Of a DNA stretch of 64,000 nucleotides, positions 38,330 through 49,650 are shown piece by piece. Location of the stretch: the sequence record OR413575.1; one strand, written 5' to 3'. A program made the position numbers and the translations under genes. Every line of letters starts with the position of its first letter. Position 1 is the stretch's first letter. The notes beneath the pieces are model-generated. The model did not search any database, was not told the DNA's origin, and saw nothing but the letters and a program-made list of their open reading frames with translations.

Positions 38330-41300
38330 ATGGCCAAGAAAGAAAATCATAGATTCGATGACGATTTGAATTTTGACTTTGACGAAGGTGATTTCGGAGC
38401 TGATCCGTTTAATCCTACTCAGAATCAAAAAGCAGATCGTAATCCAGTTACGAAGGCAGGCGGTTCTCTTTTACGCGGCGCGAAAGATGAAACCAAGAAC
38501 CTTTCCTTTTATAAAGGTATTATAAAGGCGGGTATGCCTGATTCATTCACCACTACGCTTGATAGCGTAGATGATGTATTGGATCTGACTAACCGTTCTT
38601 ATCAACAGGCGATGCGCGAAGCTCGCCCAATGATGACGCAAGTACGTAAAATAGCAGGGAGCTTAAACCGTACTATTCCTTCTCCTTTCCAATCCAAGAT
38701 AGATAATTATCTTAAGTCAAAGGATAAGAAGGGACTAGAGGACGTCCAGGTCGACATGGAGGAAGCGGCTGTCACTCAGGGTGTCGGTGATATTTTTGCT
38801 GAACGTGAGGAAGATGATCGCAAAGTCGAACAAGCTGAAAAATTAGTTGAATTCGTTAACCAGCGTGACTACCGTAAAAACGTATTAATGCAATTGGCTA
38901 ACATTAACCGACAACTAACCATTCAGACTGAAAACAGCTTACGCGTTCAACGTGCGTGGCAGCACAAGTCTCTGGAAGTAAGCCTACGTCAGTTGTTTGT
39001 TCAGCGGCGGACGATGGAGATCACTCAGAAGGGCATGGAAGAAAACTCCATGCTGTTACGTGATGTTGTTAAAAACACCGCGTTGCCTGATATCCAGAAA
39101 GAGCAACAATCTGAAACTATGACTCGCTTAACCCGTGAACGTATTTACGGTGCAGCGCAGAGTAGGGTAGCGGATTGGGCACGTAGTAATAAATACCTTC
39201 GTAATGTAGCTCAACGATTCAATAATGCATTGAAGCAACGTATGCAATCCTTCCAGATGGGATTACAATCCGGTGCTGACATGTTTGAATCTGTTGAAGA
39301 GCAGATGAAGGCAGCTAAAGAGTTCGGTATCGACACCAACCAGATGGCAGGGGAAATGGCAGGTGGTTCTCTTGCTAACAAAGCCGGTCAATGGATGGGT
39401 AAGAATGTCGGCAAGCGTCTTCGTTTAGACCGTGCAGACAACTTCTTCCGTTCCGTTAACTTCCGTAAAGATATGGCAGGCCATTACCTGAGTCGTTACG
39501 GTAAACAACTGAAACGCGGTAACAATCGTTTCGGTCAATGGGCTGGTGATATACTGGACGTTCCGTTCCAAGCTGATACGACAGTAGCCACGGGACGGTT
39601 AGCGGACATGGATCTCCGCGCTGGGAAGATGAACGTTGAGGATCGTAAGTTACAGGCATTGGAAGTTACATTACCTGGATTCTTAAGTCGTCTTCTTCAA
39701 GAAGTCAGTGCGATACGCACTGGTAACATGGGCGACCGCATTGTCTTTGATCCGCAAAAGGGTAACTTTACCACGATGCGCGAATCTACGCAAGGGTTAG
39801 CTCAGCGTGTATTGAGTGATGATAGCATTAATAATGCACAGAGCTCACTGAACGACTTAATAGATCGAGTGGGCGGTAAAGGTATTACTCGTGCCCAACG
39901 AAACGAATTAGGTAAGTTTTTACGCAACAAATCGAAGGACCAAACGTGGGGCTTCACTCCAGAAGCGTTGTTGGATCCTTCGAATGGAATGTCTCCTAGC
40001 TTGCGTAATCGTTTAGCTGGTAACTTGAGCGGACGTTACGGATTAATAGAAGACAAAACGACAGGTCGTTGGAAAGCACCTCTCGGTGGGATGAAAGGAA
40101 TTGGTCAGTTAGAACGTGATGCAAGAAGTTTCGGGTCATTCCGTGACTATGCAGCGGATGCGTACACTAACATCAAATCTATTCACTCTCTAGGTGGGAT
40201 TGAACAACTCCTGGAAATGGGTGCCGTATACTGGGATGACAATCAGCAGACCTATGAACTTAATCCTGATTATGTCGAGAACCGCAGTAATGCAAAATTC
40301 AGACAGCAGAATCTCAGAAATAAAAGCATTCTCTCATCTGACAGAAGCGACCTTACTAATTTTGCTCGGAGCAGGGGTATTGTTAGCGGGGATGTTCAGT
40401 CTGGTCCAAGGGCTACTGGCGCTTCCTTCGGCGGTGGTGAAGATAGTGAGCAGGAAAGCGGTTTAAAACGCATGATGGGGCGCGGTAAGGAAACAGGTAT
40501 CGCTCGTGCTATCCGCGATCAAACTGAAGCGTTGTTGGATGCCTACGACAACATGCCTATTCGCGAGGTTCAAGAAGAGCAAGCGGATATCTTAGCGGAC
40601 ATTCTGGATAAGCTCCATGCTGGCGTTGATACTAACGCTACCGGGATGTTGAAGAAAGGTCCTAGTTTATTACGCCGGGCGGGTCGCGCGGCAAGAGCTG
40701 GGGTTAAGGCATGGTGGAAGATTGGCGGACTGCCATTCAAGGCGGCTAACTGGGCAAGAAAAAAATTGTCTCGTCCTGCTAGCTGGGTAGGAGGTAAAGC
40801 ATGGAACGCCGTTAAAGGGATTAAAAACGCGATCTTTGATCGTGGCGCTAAAATGGTTAGCGACGTTTACGTACAGGGCCAAGAAGGGTTGCGCAGAGCC
40901 TTAGAGTCAGCTTGGATTAAGTTGGGTAAATACACTGACGTTAAGACAGGTAAAGTCATTAAGTCTATCAAGGATATTACCGGTCCTGTTATCAATAATG
41001 AGACTGGTGAGATAGTGTTAACGCAGGAGGACTTCGATAAAGGATTATTGAACTCCATGGGCGAGCGTATTAAGACAGGTGCGTTAGGGATGGCTAAAAG
41101 TCTTCTGAAAGGCTTAGGTCGTTTTGTAATTAACCCTGTAGCAAAACCTTTGGCGATGGCACGTACTGGTCTGAACGCCATACGTAAAATGATCATGACT
41201 CCTCCTGATGTATATCTCCGTGGGCAAATGGACAAACCTGTTCTTTACGGGCAGCAGATGTTCAATGGAATGTACTGGAGTAACTCTACTAATAAAGTTG

Positions 41301-44300
41301 TTCGTTACATCGGTGATATCGATGGCGACATTTATACCTGGGATAAGGAAGCACAGCAAAAGCGTATCGTGTTAACTGCTCAACAGATCGCTGACCCAGG
41401 ATTAGTAGATGTAAATGGTAAGCCGCTTGTTGGTTTCATGAAGAAATGGAAAGACCGTATTAAAGGCGGTATAAACTTCATTACCAAAAACATTAACCCA
41501 ATGACTTGGATACGCCGTGGTAAAAATGCGGCGGGTAAAGCATGGAACGGAATCAAGTCTGTAGCGGGTGGTGTATCAGGCGGATTAAATATCGGCGGAG
41601 GTAGCTGGAACAAACGCATCTATACCTTGCTCTGGAATAAATTCAACGGTCTTCCTCTAGATACCGGGTTAACCGGCGGAGCTGGAGAGGCTGTAGGCGG
41701 ATTCTTCCGTAAGACAGGGGAATGGGCGAGGGACAAGGCTAAGAACCTTATGGGGTTCGGTGGAGAGAAATGGAAAGCTCTAACAAGTCTGTTTGGCGGG
41801 ATTAACATTCGTGCTATTCCTACTAAACTTCGTCATGCGTTCGGGTTCGGTAAGACCAAACTGAAGGATCGGTTAGATGCTGAGAAAGATCGTGAGGGGT
41901 CTTGGGTAAATAGATTGGCTGCTGCTGGTTCGGCAGTGAAGAGTCGTTTACCTAAACGTGATGAAATAACCGGTAAGTTCCCTTGGATGAAGATGGTGAT
42001 GGGCGGGTTTGGTTTAGTGACAGGTGCGCTGGCTACTATCCGTAAAGTCTTCTCTTCGTTCGGCTCTAAAGTATTGGGATGGATTCCTAAACTAATTAAA
42101 GCCATTGGGAATACCAGACTGGGTGCAAGTGCTATGGATTTAGCAGGTAACTTGTTTGGTCGGAAGGGGCGTATCGGTCGAACGATCGGTAAAGCAGTTA
42201 AGGGAATTGGTCGAGGAATTGGATCGCTGGTCCGAACTCCTGGTAAAGCGTTGTTAGGCGGGGCGAAGTTAGCGGGTCGTGGTGCGTTAGGAGCTGCGCG
42301 ACTAGCAACTAGCGGTGTAGGTTTAGCATTACGTGCTGTCCCGATGCTGTTTAGTCCTGTCGGGTTAGCAGCTGCTGCGGCTGCGGGTGTAGGGTACTTG
42401 ATCTATAAAGGCTTTAAAGCATACTCTGGTCGTATTACGTCTGTACGTGAAATGCGTTTAGCGCAATACGGGTTCGCTAAGCAAGATGATTCAGATAAAC
42501 TGGGTCGTGTACTGGCATTAGAGGAAGCGTGCCTGAAATCAGTCAAGTGGGATTCCATGGGAGTTCCTCAGCTCGGTAACCTGAACTATGATGAACTCAT
42601 GAACGCATTCGAGATCTCGCCTACTGCGGAGAAATCTCGTCGTAATTGGGCTATCTGGTTTGTCAAGCGTTTCCGGCCTGTGTTCTTACACAACCTGAAA
42701 GCTATCCGTGATAAGGATCCGAAAGGAGACATTACCGATCCGTACGCAGGATTACCAAAAGGTAAACTTCCTGATTACGCTATCGCTTCTCGTCTTCCGG
42801 ATAAAAACCCAGATGGAACGCCTGGACCTTACTTCGTGGATGCGGCTCCATTCCCTAACATGGCCGCTGCAATAGGACCACGACTTGTTGATGCTACTAT
42901 TAACAAGGTAGTTGCCGAGTTTAAGAAAGACGCTAAGAAGTTCAAAACTGAAGAACGTAAAGCTGATGGAATGGCTAATGTTAAGAACGAAGCATTCGGT
43001 GCTAAGGGTGGTAGTAAGATGGCCCCTGGTATGCAGTTCGAAGCTGGCAAAGATCGGATGTTCGATTCTTCAGAGGCGTCTAAGGCAATTGGGAATATCA
43101 CAGGTGACGTAGACACTGACCGTAAGATCGTTGCTGGTAACATCATCGATAACGTAACGTCTGTGCGTATGCGCTTGTACGGTATGATGCAACTCAACCG
43201 TAGTCAAGTAGACCTGCTGATGAAGTTTGAGCAAGACCTCATTGATCGTAATATTGTTATCCGTAACAAGGTAGCAGAATTCACCGGCGATATCGGTGAT
43301 ATTGCGAACTCTTGGGCTCCGGCGTTCGGGATAACGTTAACAGATGAAGCTGCAATGGCCGACTGGCGTATGTGGTTCACTAAACGTTTCATGCCTGTAT
43401 TCCTGAACTTCTGTACCCGTGGAGAGAAATGGGTTGGGTTGAAGGACTTGATCACTAAAGTACGAACCGCTCACCCAGAGCGACAATTCAGTATTGCGGA
43501 GTTCATGTCTATTGCCACCACCGAGATCAACGGCGCTAAGAAATCTATCTGGGTAGTTAGCTCTTATCCGTTCCCGGAAGAGTCAGCTAACACAGACAGT
43601 TTAATTATCAAACCGATCATGGATGCAATGCGTTTAGCTATTAAAGAGCAGGCGTATAAGGATCAAGTTCAAAAGGACAAGGCGTCGGGTAAAGGCGAAT
43701 CCTTAGCCGGACAGAAAGCACGTCGTGAATTAGCTGGATATGCTAAAGCTAATCCAGACGCGGCGAGAGCTTCCGTATTCGGGGAAGGTGCCGGTGGCAC
43801 AGCAATTGCTAAAACCAACTATACCGATGAGGAAATGAGTGGAGGGTTCTCCTCTAATATTGGTGAGGGTAATGGAGGGACTGCCGCTGGCATTCCTCAG
43901 GTAGATGCGGGCGCTATCCAGACAATGAAGTCTATGGATGCACGTGCTAAAGCGTTAATGCCGGTATTCGAAGCAGTCAGTTCGATGACAGGTGTGGACG
44001 TTGCTACGTTAATGGCGTTCGTACAGAAGGAATCTAGTTTCCAGCCATATGCGAAAGCACCTACTTCTTCAGCTTCTGGACTGATGCAGTTTATCAATAG
44101 TACTTGGGAATCTTACGTACCGAAGTTAAAAGCTCTCGGGTTCGCATCTCCTGACAAATTTGATCCTGCTGCGTCGATTGCTGCTGGAGCATTGTACATT
44201 AAGGATAATGCTAAGCTGATTACAAAAGTAACTGGTAAACCGCCAACCTTAGGTGAACTGTACTTAGCTCACTTCATGGGTGGTGGTGGTGCTCAGAAAG

Positions 44301-45028
44301 TATTGAGCATGGATCCTGGTGCGGATTGGAGTAGAGGGATGGAAGCAGCAGCGAAGGCTAACGCGTCTATCCATAAAGCTAATCCAACAGCTGGAGCATT
44401 ACGTGCTTGGGCTGCTTCTTCTATGGAGAAGAACCTTGATACACCACGTCGTTTAGGTGTTAGTATCGGGACATCGGCTATTAGCCCTAGTTCGGGTACG
44501 TTCACTACAAATACGACCGGACCGGTTGAAACTGGGTCAGCACCTGTAGCGCCATCAGTAGGCGGAGCTCCTTCGTCTGGTGGTTCTGCACCAATATCAC
44601 CTGCTGAAACTCTGCGTGCTCCTGTAGCGCCGTCAGATACTGGTGGCGGATCTAATAATCCGTTCCCTGCGTTTACGGCCGATGCTGGTATTAGTCGTCA
44701 GGCTAACCGCCAGTACACTGAGTCTGTAGAAGAAGCACATTCTGAACGAGTAATCGCTCAAACCAACCAAGCTCGGAATCGTTACGAAGCTGAAAGCATG
44801 GAGAAAACCCGTGCTGATTCTAACGTACGTGAACGTATTGCTGTGGCGACTGAGTCAACTGCTGAAACGATCAAGAAGATTCACGAGTACTTAACCGGTA
44901 AAGGAAGTGGGGGCGGAAATCCTCCCTCTAATAACCAGATCAAAGACGACATGCTTATAAAGAACGCTTCTAGTAGCGTAAGCGTAGGTCAGAAGTCTGG
45001 CGCATTACCTTTCTCTACCAGTAATTAA
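38330..45028 (+). CDS. Tail tape-measure/lytic transglycosylase (phiKZ gp181-like); start placed at ATG 38330 rather than TTG 38306
   Basis: About 2230 aa. C-terminal SLT domain AFVQKESSFQPYAKAPTSSASGLMQFINSTW...ELYLAHFMGGGGA. Gly/Lys/Arg-rich amphipathic middle. GAGGG RBS before 38330. Confidence 0.9.
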   Translation: MAKKENHRFDDDLNFDFDEGDFGADPFNPTQNQKADRNPVTKAGGSLLRGAKDETKNLSFYKGIIKAGMPDSFTTTLDSVDDVLDLTNRSYQQAMREARPMMTQVRKIAGSLNRTIPSPFQSKIDNYLKSKDKKGLEDVQVDMEEAAVTQGVGDIFAEREEDDRKVEQAEKLVEFVNQRDYRKNVLMQLANINRQLTIQTENSLRVQRAWQHKSLEVSLRQLFVQRRTMEITQKGMEENSMLLRDVVKNTALPDIQKEQQSETMTRLTRERIYGAAQSRVADWARSNKYLRNVAQRFNNALKQRMQSFQMGLQSGADMFESVEEQMKAAKEFGIDTNQMAGEMAGGSLANKAGQWMGKNVGKRLRLDRADNFFRSVNFRKDMAGHYLSRYGKQLKRGNNRFGQWAGDILDVPFQADTTVATGRLADMDLRAGKMNVEDRKLQALEVTLPGFLSRLLQEVSAIRTGNMGDRIVFDPQKGNFTTMRESTQGLAQRVLSDDSINNAQSSLNDLIDRVGGKGITRAQRNELGKFLRNKSKDQTWGFTPEALLDPSNGMSPSLRNRLAGNLSGRYGLIEDKTTGRWKAPLGGMKGIGQLERDARSFGSFRDYAADAYTNIKSIHSLGGIEQLLEMGAVYWDDNQQTYELNPDYVENRSNAKFRQQNLRNKSILSSDRSDLTNFARSRGIVSGDVQSGPRATGASFGGGEDSEQESGLKRMMGRGKETGIARAIRDQTEALLDAYDNMPIREVQEEQADILADILDKLHAGVDTNATGMLKKGPSLLRRAGRAARAGVKAWWKIGGLPFKAANWARKKLSRPASWVGGKAWNAVKGIKNAIFDRGAKMVSDVYVQGQEGLRRALESAWIKLGKYTDVKTGKVIKSIKDITGPVINNETGEIVLTQEDFDKGLLNSMGERIKTGALGMAKSLLKGLGRFVINPVAKPLAMARTGLNAIRKMIMTPPDVYLRGQMDKPVLYGQQMFNGMYWSNSTNKVVRYIGDIDGDIYTWDKEAQQKRIVLTAQQIADPGLVDVNGKPLVGFMKKWKDRIKGGINFITKNINPMTWIRRGKNAAGKAWNGIKSVAGGVSGGLNIGGGSWNKRIYTLLWNKFNGLPLDTGLTGGAGEAVGGFFRKTGEWARDKAKNLMGFGGEKWKALTSLFGGINIRAIPTKLRHAFGFGKTKLKDRLDAEKDREGSWVNRLAAAGSAVKSRLPKRDEITGKFPWMKMVMGGFGLVTGALATIRKVFSSFGSKVLGWIPKLIKAIGNTRLGASAMDLAGNLFGRKGRIGRTIGKAVKGIGRGIGSLVRTPGKALLGGAKLAGRGALGAARLATSGVGLALRAVPMLFSPVGLAAAAAAGVGYLIYKGFKAYSGRITSVREMRLAQYGFAKQDDSDKLGRVLALEEACLKSVKWDSMGVPQLGNLNYDELMNAFEISPTAEKSRRNWAIWFVKRFRPVFLHNLKAIRDKDPKGDITDPYAGLPKGKLPDYAIASRLPDKNPDGTPGPYFVDAAPFPNMAAAIGPRLVDATINKVVAEFKKDAKKFKTEERKADGMANVKNEAFGAKGGSKMAPGMQFEAGKDRMFDSSEASKAIGNITGDVDTDRKIVAGNIIDNVTSVRMRLYGMMQLNRSQVDLLMKFEQDLIDRNIVIRNKVAEFTGDIGDIANSWAPAFGITLTDEAAMADWRMWFTKRFMPVFLNFCTRGEKWVGLKDLITKVRTAHPERQFSIAEFMSIATTEINGAKKSIWVVSSYPFPEESANTDSLIIKPIMDAMRLAIKEQAYKDQVQKDKASGKGESLAGQKARRELAGYAKANPDAARASVFGEGAGGTAIAKTNYTDEEMSGGFSSNIGEGNGGTAAGIPQVDAGAIQTMKSMDARAKALMPVFEAVSSMTGVDVATLMAFVQKESSFQPYAKAPTSSASGLMQFINSTWESYVPKLKALGFASPDKFDPAASIAAGALYIKDNAKLITKVTGKPPTLGELYLAHFMGGGGAQKVLSMDPGADWSRGMEAAAKANASIHKANPTAGALRAWAASSMEKNLDTPRRLGVSIGTSAISPSSGTFTTNTTGPVETGSAPVAPSVGGAPSSGGSAPISPAETLRAPVAPSDTGGGSNNPFPAFTADAGISRQANRQYTESVEEAHSERVIAQTNQARNRYEAESMEKTRADSNVRERIAVATESTAETIKKIHEYLTGKGSGGGNPPSNNQIKDDMLIKNASSSVSVGQKSGALPFSTSN

Positions 45029-45030
45029 CA

Positions 45031-45054
45031 AGGGGCCTTCGGGCCCCTATCTTT
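45031..45054 (+). terminator. Hairpin/terminator (UUCG loop)
   Basis: AGGGGCC-TTCG-GGCCCCT followed by ATCTTT. Confidence 0.6.
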
Positions 45055-45066
45055 CTGGGGCAACTG

Positions 45067-47376
45067 ATGGCTAAGATTCTCGATAGTCAGTGGGTACGTC
45101 AAGCCAACTTGTTACCTAAACGAGAGGCTGACGGCGCACTAGGCTTAAACCAAGTCAGTATTACAGGCGAAGATTTACGTCGTCGTCGTTATACTTCGGC
45201 TAGCTTCAAATTCACTAACGGTACAATGGGTGGTAACTTTGCATTAAACATGCCACCGCAAGCGTGTCGTTATGCAGACCCCGTTCCTCGTCGTATCGTT
45301 CGTCCTTTTGCGGGCGGTAGTAAATACGAAGACTTCGGGATGAGTCGTTGGTATTCTGAAAATATCGACGATCATTCTACCTTATTACATATTCGTGCTG
45401 GGGTACCTGCCTACAACAGCATGTTTTCATTCTTCAGTAACTTCTATAACCCTGATGATGCTCGTATGGTTCGTACAGGGCGTGACTCCAGTATAGGGTC
45501 ATTCCTTGGACGTTCGCTGGGTTGGGTATTTAGTATTCGCTTATTACCGTTCATCTGGACTGGACAGACAATTAAATACTTCACTACGGTAACGTCTACT
45601 CGTTTTGCTTACCTAAAGCCTGACATGGGGACTTACTGGAAATACGTTAACGATATCGTCAACACCATCGCTGCTAACTTGGACGTGACAGCAGAAGCTG
45701 ATGCTTCTTTCATGCAGTTGGCAGAGAACTTCAAACGTCGGCCGGAAGAAAGTCGTCGGGCAATTGAAGATAATCCGGAAGCAGGTGGTAAACGGATTTA
45801 TGGACTTACTGCGGAAAACGCAGAGGCTATTAGTAAACAAGCGGCATATCCAGAAGGTTCTGGTGGGAAATCAGCCAAGTCGCTCTTTGCAATGGAACAA
45901 AACCAGTTGAACTACTATAGTCAACGGTTACCTGAAATATATCAATCAGATGGTTTGGTCGGTATTAACGTATATGCGGTAGCGCTACGTGCTCAGGCGA
46001 TGGCAGATGCCTGGAACTCAGCCTTATTAGAGATGCAAGAATCTGCATCAACGCCTAATGATAACGAGGGTCTGATCCAGACGATCACTAACTGGATTGA
46101 GTCAGGTGGTGCTAACCAAGTGCTGGCGGAACGTGCCAAACAACGTCGTAACATCGAGGACTTCCTCAACGACACTGTATTCCGTTCTAATTACGGTGGG
46201 CTACCTTCGGGTGCAGTTGGTGGTGATGACGGCTTAACAGCTCCTACAGACGCTGAGGTGGCTGCTATATCGTCTACCCCTGCTCCCACTCCTGAACAAC
46301 AGCAGAAGAATGACTCTGATGTAGCTGAAGGGACTAACCCTGAGGGCGCAGCAAGTCAACAAGGTCTTGCAGATAAGATTGCTAGTTTTGCACGCTATGC
46401 TTACGAATCTGTTGAAGACATGTTCGATAGTGCTTCTGAAAACGTAGCTTCTTTAGAGAAGGTATTCAAGGCAGCACAGCACGATGGTTCTCAGTTCTTG
46501 ACACTACGAGTGAACGGAAGAGAATCGGTAAGTGAGTCGTTCAGTAACTCAACACGTGAATCTGACATTGCGAACATGATGAACTCAACGAGTGCGTCAG
46601 CGCGTAACTTGTTAGTGAACGTAGCAGATGGGAAGATTGCAGATATCCCTGTACTTGGAAGTATAGCGGGCTTTATCGGGGATGTTGTATCGGGGGCAGC
46701 GGATTCATTACGAATCGCTGGGGTTGGTGCATTGATGGGTAACGCGTTTGTTGATATTCCTCAACACTACGATAACTCATCGGCTCAATTTAACTCCATG
46801 TCTTATACGATTCAATTGCGTGGACCATACGGGAATGACCATAACCGTATTCAAAACGAAATCCTACCGTTGGCTTGCTTGCTAGCATTGATCCTTCCTC
46901 GTTCTGCTGGTGCGAGCGCGTACGGTATTCCATTCCACTGCGAAGCGTATTGCCGTGGTCGTGGGCAAATCCGTTTTGGCATTCCTGCTCAGTTGGACAT
47001 TGTACGTGGTACTGCTAACGCCCCATGGACAGCTGATGGACGCTATCGTGGTATTGAAGTACGTTTAACTATTAAAGACTTAACCTCTATCATGCATATG
47101 GGGATGTCGGAAGTTACAGGTTGGCGTGCGCTCGATCCTACTCGTTGGGGTAGTTTGATCTTCCCTCAAGACTCTGCATTCACTGACTACATGTCTACGT
47201 TGTCGAGTTTAGGGTTAGGTGATCAGATTTACCGTATGCGTAAGTTGAAACGTAACTGGCGTGCATTGCAGGGTAGCTTCGAGAAGTGGTGGTCACCACA
47301 AGCTCGTGCAGTATCCTTGTTCAGTGGATTAACAGGGCAAGTACTGTCCTCAATGTCTCACGGTGTTCGTAACTAA
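45067..47376 (+). CDS. Virion structural (tail/baseplate) protein (phiKZ gp182-like)
   Basis: 769-aa ORF directly after the gp181-like gene; KFTNGTMGGNFALNMPPQ motif; synteny. Confidence 0.78.
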   Translation: MAKILDSQWVRQANLLPKREADGALGLNQVSITGEDLRRRRYTSASFKFTNGTMGGNFALNMPPQACRYADPVPRRIVRPFAGGSKYEDFGMSRWYSENIDDHSTLLHIRAGVPAYNSMFSFFSNFYNPDDARMVRTGRDSSIGSFLGRSLGWVFSIRLLPFIWTGQTIKYFTTVTSTRFAYLKPDMGTYWKYVNDIVNTIAANLDVTAEADASFMQLAENFKRRPEESRRAIEDNPEAGGKRIYGLTAENAEAISKQAAYPEGSGGKSAKSLFAMEQNQLNYYSQRLPEIYQSDGLVGINVYAVALRAQAMADAWNSALLEMQESASTPNDNEGLIQTITNWIESGGANQVLAERAKQRRNIEDFLNDTVFRSNYGGLPSGAVGGDDGLTAPTDAEVAAISSTPAPTPEQQQKNDSDVAEGTNPEGAASQQGLADKIASFARYAYESVEDMFDSASENVASLEKVFKAAQHDGSQFLTLRVNGRESVSESFSNSTRESDIANMMNSTSASARNLLVNVADGKIADIPVLGSIAGFIGDVVSGAADSLRIAGVGALMGNAFVDIPQHYDNSSAQFNSMSYTIQLRGPYGNDHNRIQNEILPLACLLALILPRSAGASAYGIPFHCEAYCRGRGQIRFGIPAQLDIVRGTANAPWTADGRYRGIEVRLTIKDLTSIMHMGMSEVTGWRALDPTRWGSLIFPQDSAFTDYMSTLSSLGLGDQIYRMRKLKRNWRALQGSFEKWWSPQARAVSLFSGLTGQVLSSMSHGVRN

Positions 47377-47383
47377 TACAACT

Positions 47384-47415
47384 AAGAATGGAGACTTCGG
47401 TTTCCATTCTTTTTT
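47384..47415 (+). terminator. Rho-independent terminator ending the tail operon
   Basis: AAGAATGGAGAC-TTCG-GTTTCCATTCTT followed by a T-run. Confidence 0.82.
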
Positions 47416-47453
47416 GATGTCTATCTGTGTAAGTATGAATAGGAGATCTTACA

Positions 47454-48152
47454 ATGGCTCAACAAAACCCAACCCCATTAGTATACGATGACCCTAAGTT
47501 AGCAGTAATAGCCCAACAGGTTATCCTAGCTAAACCATGGATTACTCAACCAACACCGTCTGACTTTCCGCCACTCACAATCCCCCGGATGCAGGTACCC
47601 CAGTTAACCTGGATTGTCGAAGACACAGAAGAGCGCTGGCGTGAAAAATTAACGCAGTACCTGAACAACGTATTAGGCGATGACTTTACTGCGGCTATCC
47701 GCGATCTACCGGGTAATTACATCAGCGCAATCATCGCTAACCTGTTCTATAACAGCCGCGCGTACATTGACTGCGTATTCCCTCCCCGTCTGGACGAAGA
47801 GCTGATTGCTCACCCATACGGTGCGCCGGGTTATTGGATTGGTTATTATCTCTGCGACATGTTTATCGAAGAGATTGCCGATGCCGGTGAAAAAATAAAG
47901 GACGGCACATACCGTATGAAGCAGCTTGGAGATCTTCGTAAAATCTTCGGCTTCATGATGAATGCGACATTAACGGAGTATCCGGTTATCCGCCCATCTA
48001 ATCAGGTTATCGTCGCGGCGACAAAAAATACAGCACAGCGTAATGTTGTGTACGTAGACGCCGGTAATCTGGAAAAGTATTTTGATAATGGCGGCACTAT
48101 CGACCAGTTAACCACTGAATGGTTTATGGAAGGTAAGAACCCAACTGTTTAA
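47454..48152 (+). CDS. Hypothetical protein
   Basis: 232-aa ORF with AGGAG RBS. Confidence 0.75.
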   Translation: MAQQNPTPLVYDDPKLAVIAQQVILAKPWITQPTPSDFPPLTIPRMQVPQLTWIVEDTEERWREKLTQYLNNVLGDDFTAAIRDLPGNYISAIIANLFYNSRAYIDCVFPPRLDEELIAHPYGAPGYWIGYYLCDMFIEEIADAGEKIKDGTYRMKQLGDLRKIFGFMMNATLTEYPVIRPSNQVIVAATKNTAQRNVVYVDAGNLEKYFDNGGTIDQLTTEWFMEGKNPTV

Positions 48153-48166
48153 TAGAGGAAGCAACA

Positions 48167-49006
48167 ATGGCACCAAATATGGAAAAGAAGATTGCGGAAG
48201 CAATTGAACGTGAAGTAGAACGTGACCCGTCGATGCAGTTATCGATCGTAGGCGCTATCCACGACCCTAACATCAACGATGCTCAACGCGTAGCTCGTAT
48301 TGCGCAGAACATGTATGCGTTAAACCAGGGATTCTTCGAATTGTTGTACGATCATCTGATCATCGAAGAAATGATGGCTGGCGTGTTCATCGACATGGAA
48401 GGTAAAGAACGTCAGATCGTTATCATGGATAATCAGGAAGAAGATGCCAAAGTAGTTCAGGGTGAATTGCATCTGTCCATGAAGTTCTGGAACAGTGTTG
48501 ATATTCGCGGCACTGAACTGAAGAACATTATCGGTCGTTATCTGATGGGTCTGCATGTGCATACCGATAAGAAGCTGGCTAATAAGCACAGCACTGCAAT
48601 CGACCTGCGCATTAAAGGCGAGTTCTCTGCATTCAGTGATATGCTGAACGCACAGTTCTACGAGTTCACGGAAGAACAGTTACAAGCATTGGCGTTAACC
48701 ATGTCGGAAATCAGTATCAAGTTTATCCTTCCGAACTGGCCGCAGTTCTGTACGGACGAAGAGATCGCTAAGATGTTCCCGATGGCGTTCAAATCCATCA
48801 TCGACTCGATGGACGATCCTTCTGAGAAACCTCTCATTCGTGCATTCAATACTGCGGTACCTAACTGCCTGTTCCTGGACGAACGCGCATCTGATGTACG
48901 TCGTATCTTCACGGGTAGCTTAGCACTAGCTCGTGAGAATGAAGCATACCGTGAAACCCTGGATCTGGACTACATGGCCCGTTGCATGGAACTGGTACGT
49001 TTCTAA
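48167..49006 (+). CDS. Hypothetical protein
   Basis: 279-aa ORF with GAGG RBS and strongly biased codon usage. Confidence 0.78.
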   Translation: MAPNMEKKIAEAIEREVERDPSMQLSIVGAIHDPNINDAQRVARIAQNMYALNQGFFELLYDHLIIEEMMAGVFIDMEGKERQIVIMDNQEEDAKVVQGELHLSMKFWNSVDIRGTELKNIIGRYLMGLHVHTDKKLANKHSTAIDLRIKGEFSAFSDMLNAQFYEFTEEQLQALALTMSEISIKFILPNWPQFCTDEEIAKMFPMAFKSIIDSMDDPSEKPLIRAFNTAVPNCLFLDERASDVRRIFTGSLALARENEAYRETLDLDYMARCMELVRF

Positions 49007-49018
49007 GTAACCGGAATA

Positions 49019-49042
49019 AGTGGGTAGGTTATCCTACCCACT
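49019..49042 (+). terminator. Hairpin terminator
   Basis: AGTGGGTAGG-TTAT-CCTACCCACT. Confidence 0.7.
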
Positions 49043-49077
49043 GTTTACAGAAAAGGCATTTCTAAAAAAATCACAAG

Positions 49078-49100
49078 TATACATTACTATAGTGAATAGA
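49078..49100 (+). promoter_or_regulatory. Candidate early (vRNAP-type) promoter
   Basis: TATACATTACTATAGTGAATAGA; core resembles the phiKZ early TATATTAC consensus and is repeated upstream of other accessory genes. Confidence 0.7.
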
Positions 49101-49142
49101 ATAACCTGTTCAAATTAACGTTAATTTACTGAGGGTATTACC

Positions 49143-49577
49143 ATGTCTAAAGAAACCAAAACTGTAAGCGCTGAAATCACTGAACTGTCTGCCCTGCTGG
49201 AAAACCGTATCGCCATCGACGACGAAGGTGTACTGACTGTTGAAGCTGGTGCATTCGACGACAACACTCCGGCGGAAATCAAAGAGCACGTTGTCCCGGT
49301 TCAAGAGCATATCGCCAAATTCAATACCGCCCTGCTGCACGCCGCATCTGGTAAAGCACTGCCGGTAATGAAAGAGAAAGGTATCAAACGCGTGAGCGGT
49401 TCTGTTGCCGTAGGCAAAGAAACAACTTCCGTCAACATCACTGCGCCAACCGGCCGTAAAGCTGATGGCAGTATGAAAGATCCTGTTGTAACTGTAATCT
49501 CTCGTCGTGTTGAACACGCCGACCACGCTACAGTTCGTCAGGCTATCTACGATCAGTACCGCGCTCTGGCGGACTAA
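49143..49577 (+). CDS. Hypothetical protein, likely highly expressed early
   Basis: 144-aa ORF with GAGG RBS, its own promoter and terminator, and optimised codons. Confidence 0.8.
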   Translation: MSKETKTVSAEITELSALLENRIAIDDEGVLTVEAGAFDDNTPAEIKEHVVPVQEHIAKFNTALLHAASGKALPVMKEKGIKRVSGSVAVGKETTSVNITAPTGRKADGSMKDPVVTVISRRVEHADHATVRQAIYDQYRALAD

Positions 49578-49610
49578 TCGCAGGTAGTAAATTAAAACGT
49601 TTTAGTTTAC

Positions 49611-49636
49611 GGGGCTTAGCGGCCCCTTTTCTTTTT
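49611..49636 (+). terminator. Rho-independent terminator
   Basis: GGGGC-TTAGCG-GCCCC followed by TTTTCTTTTT. Confidence 0.72.
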
Positions 49637-49650
49637 GTAGAGAGATCAAG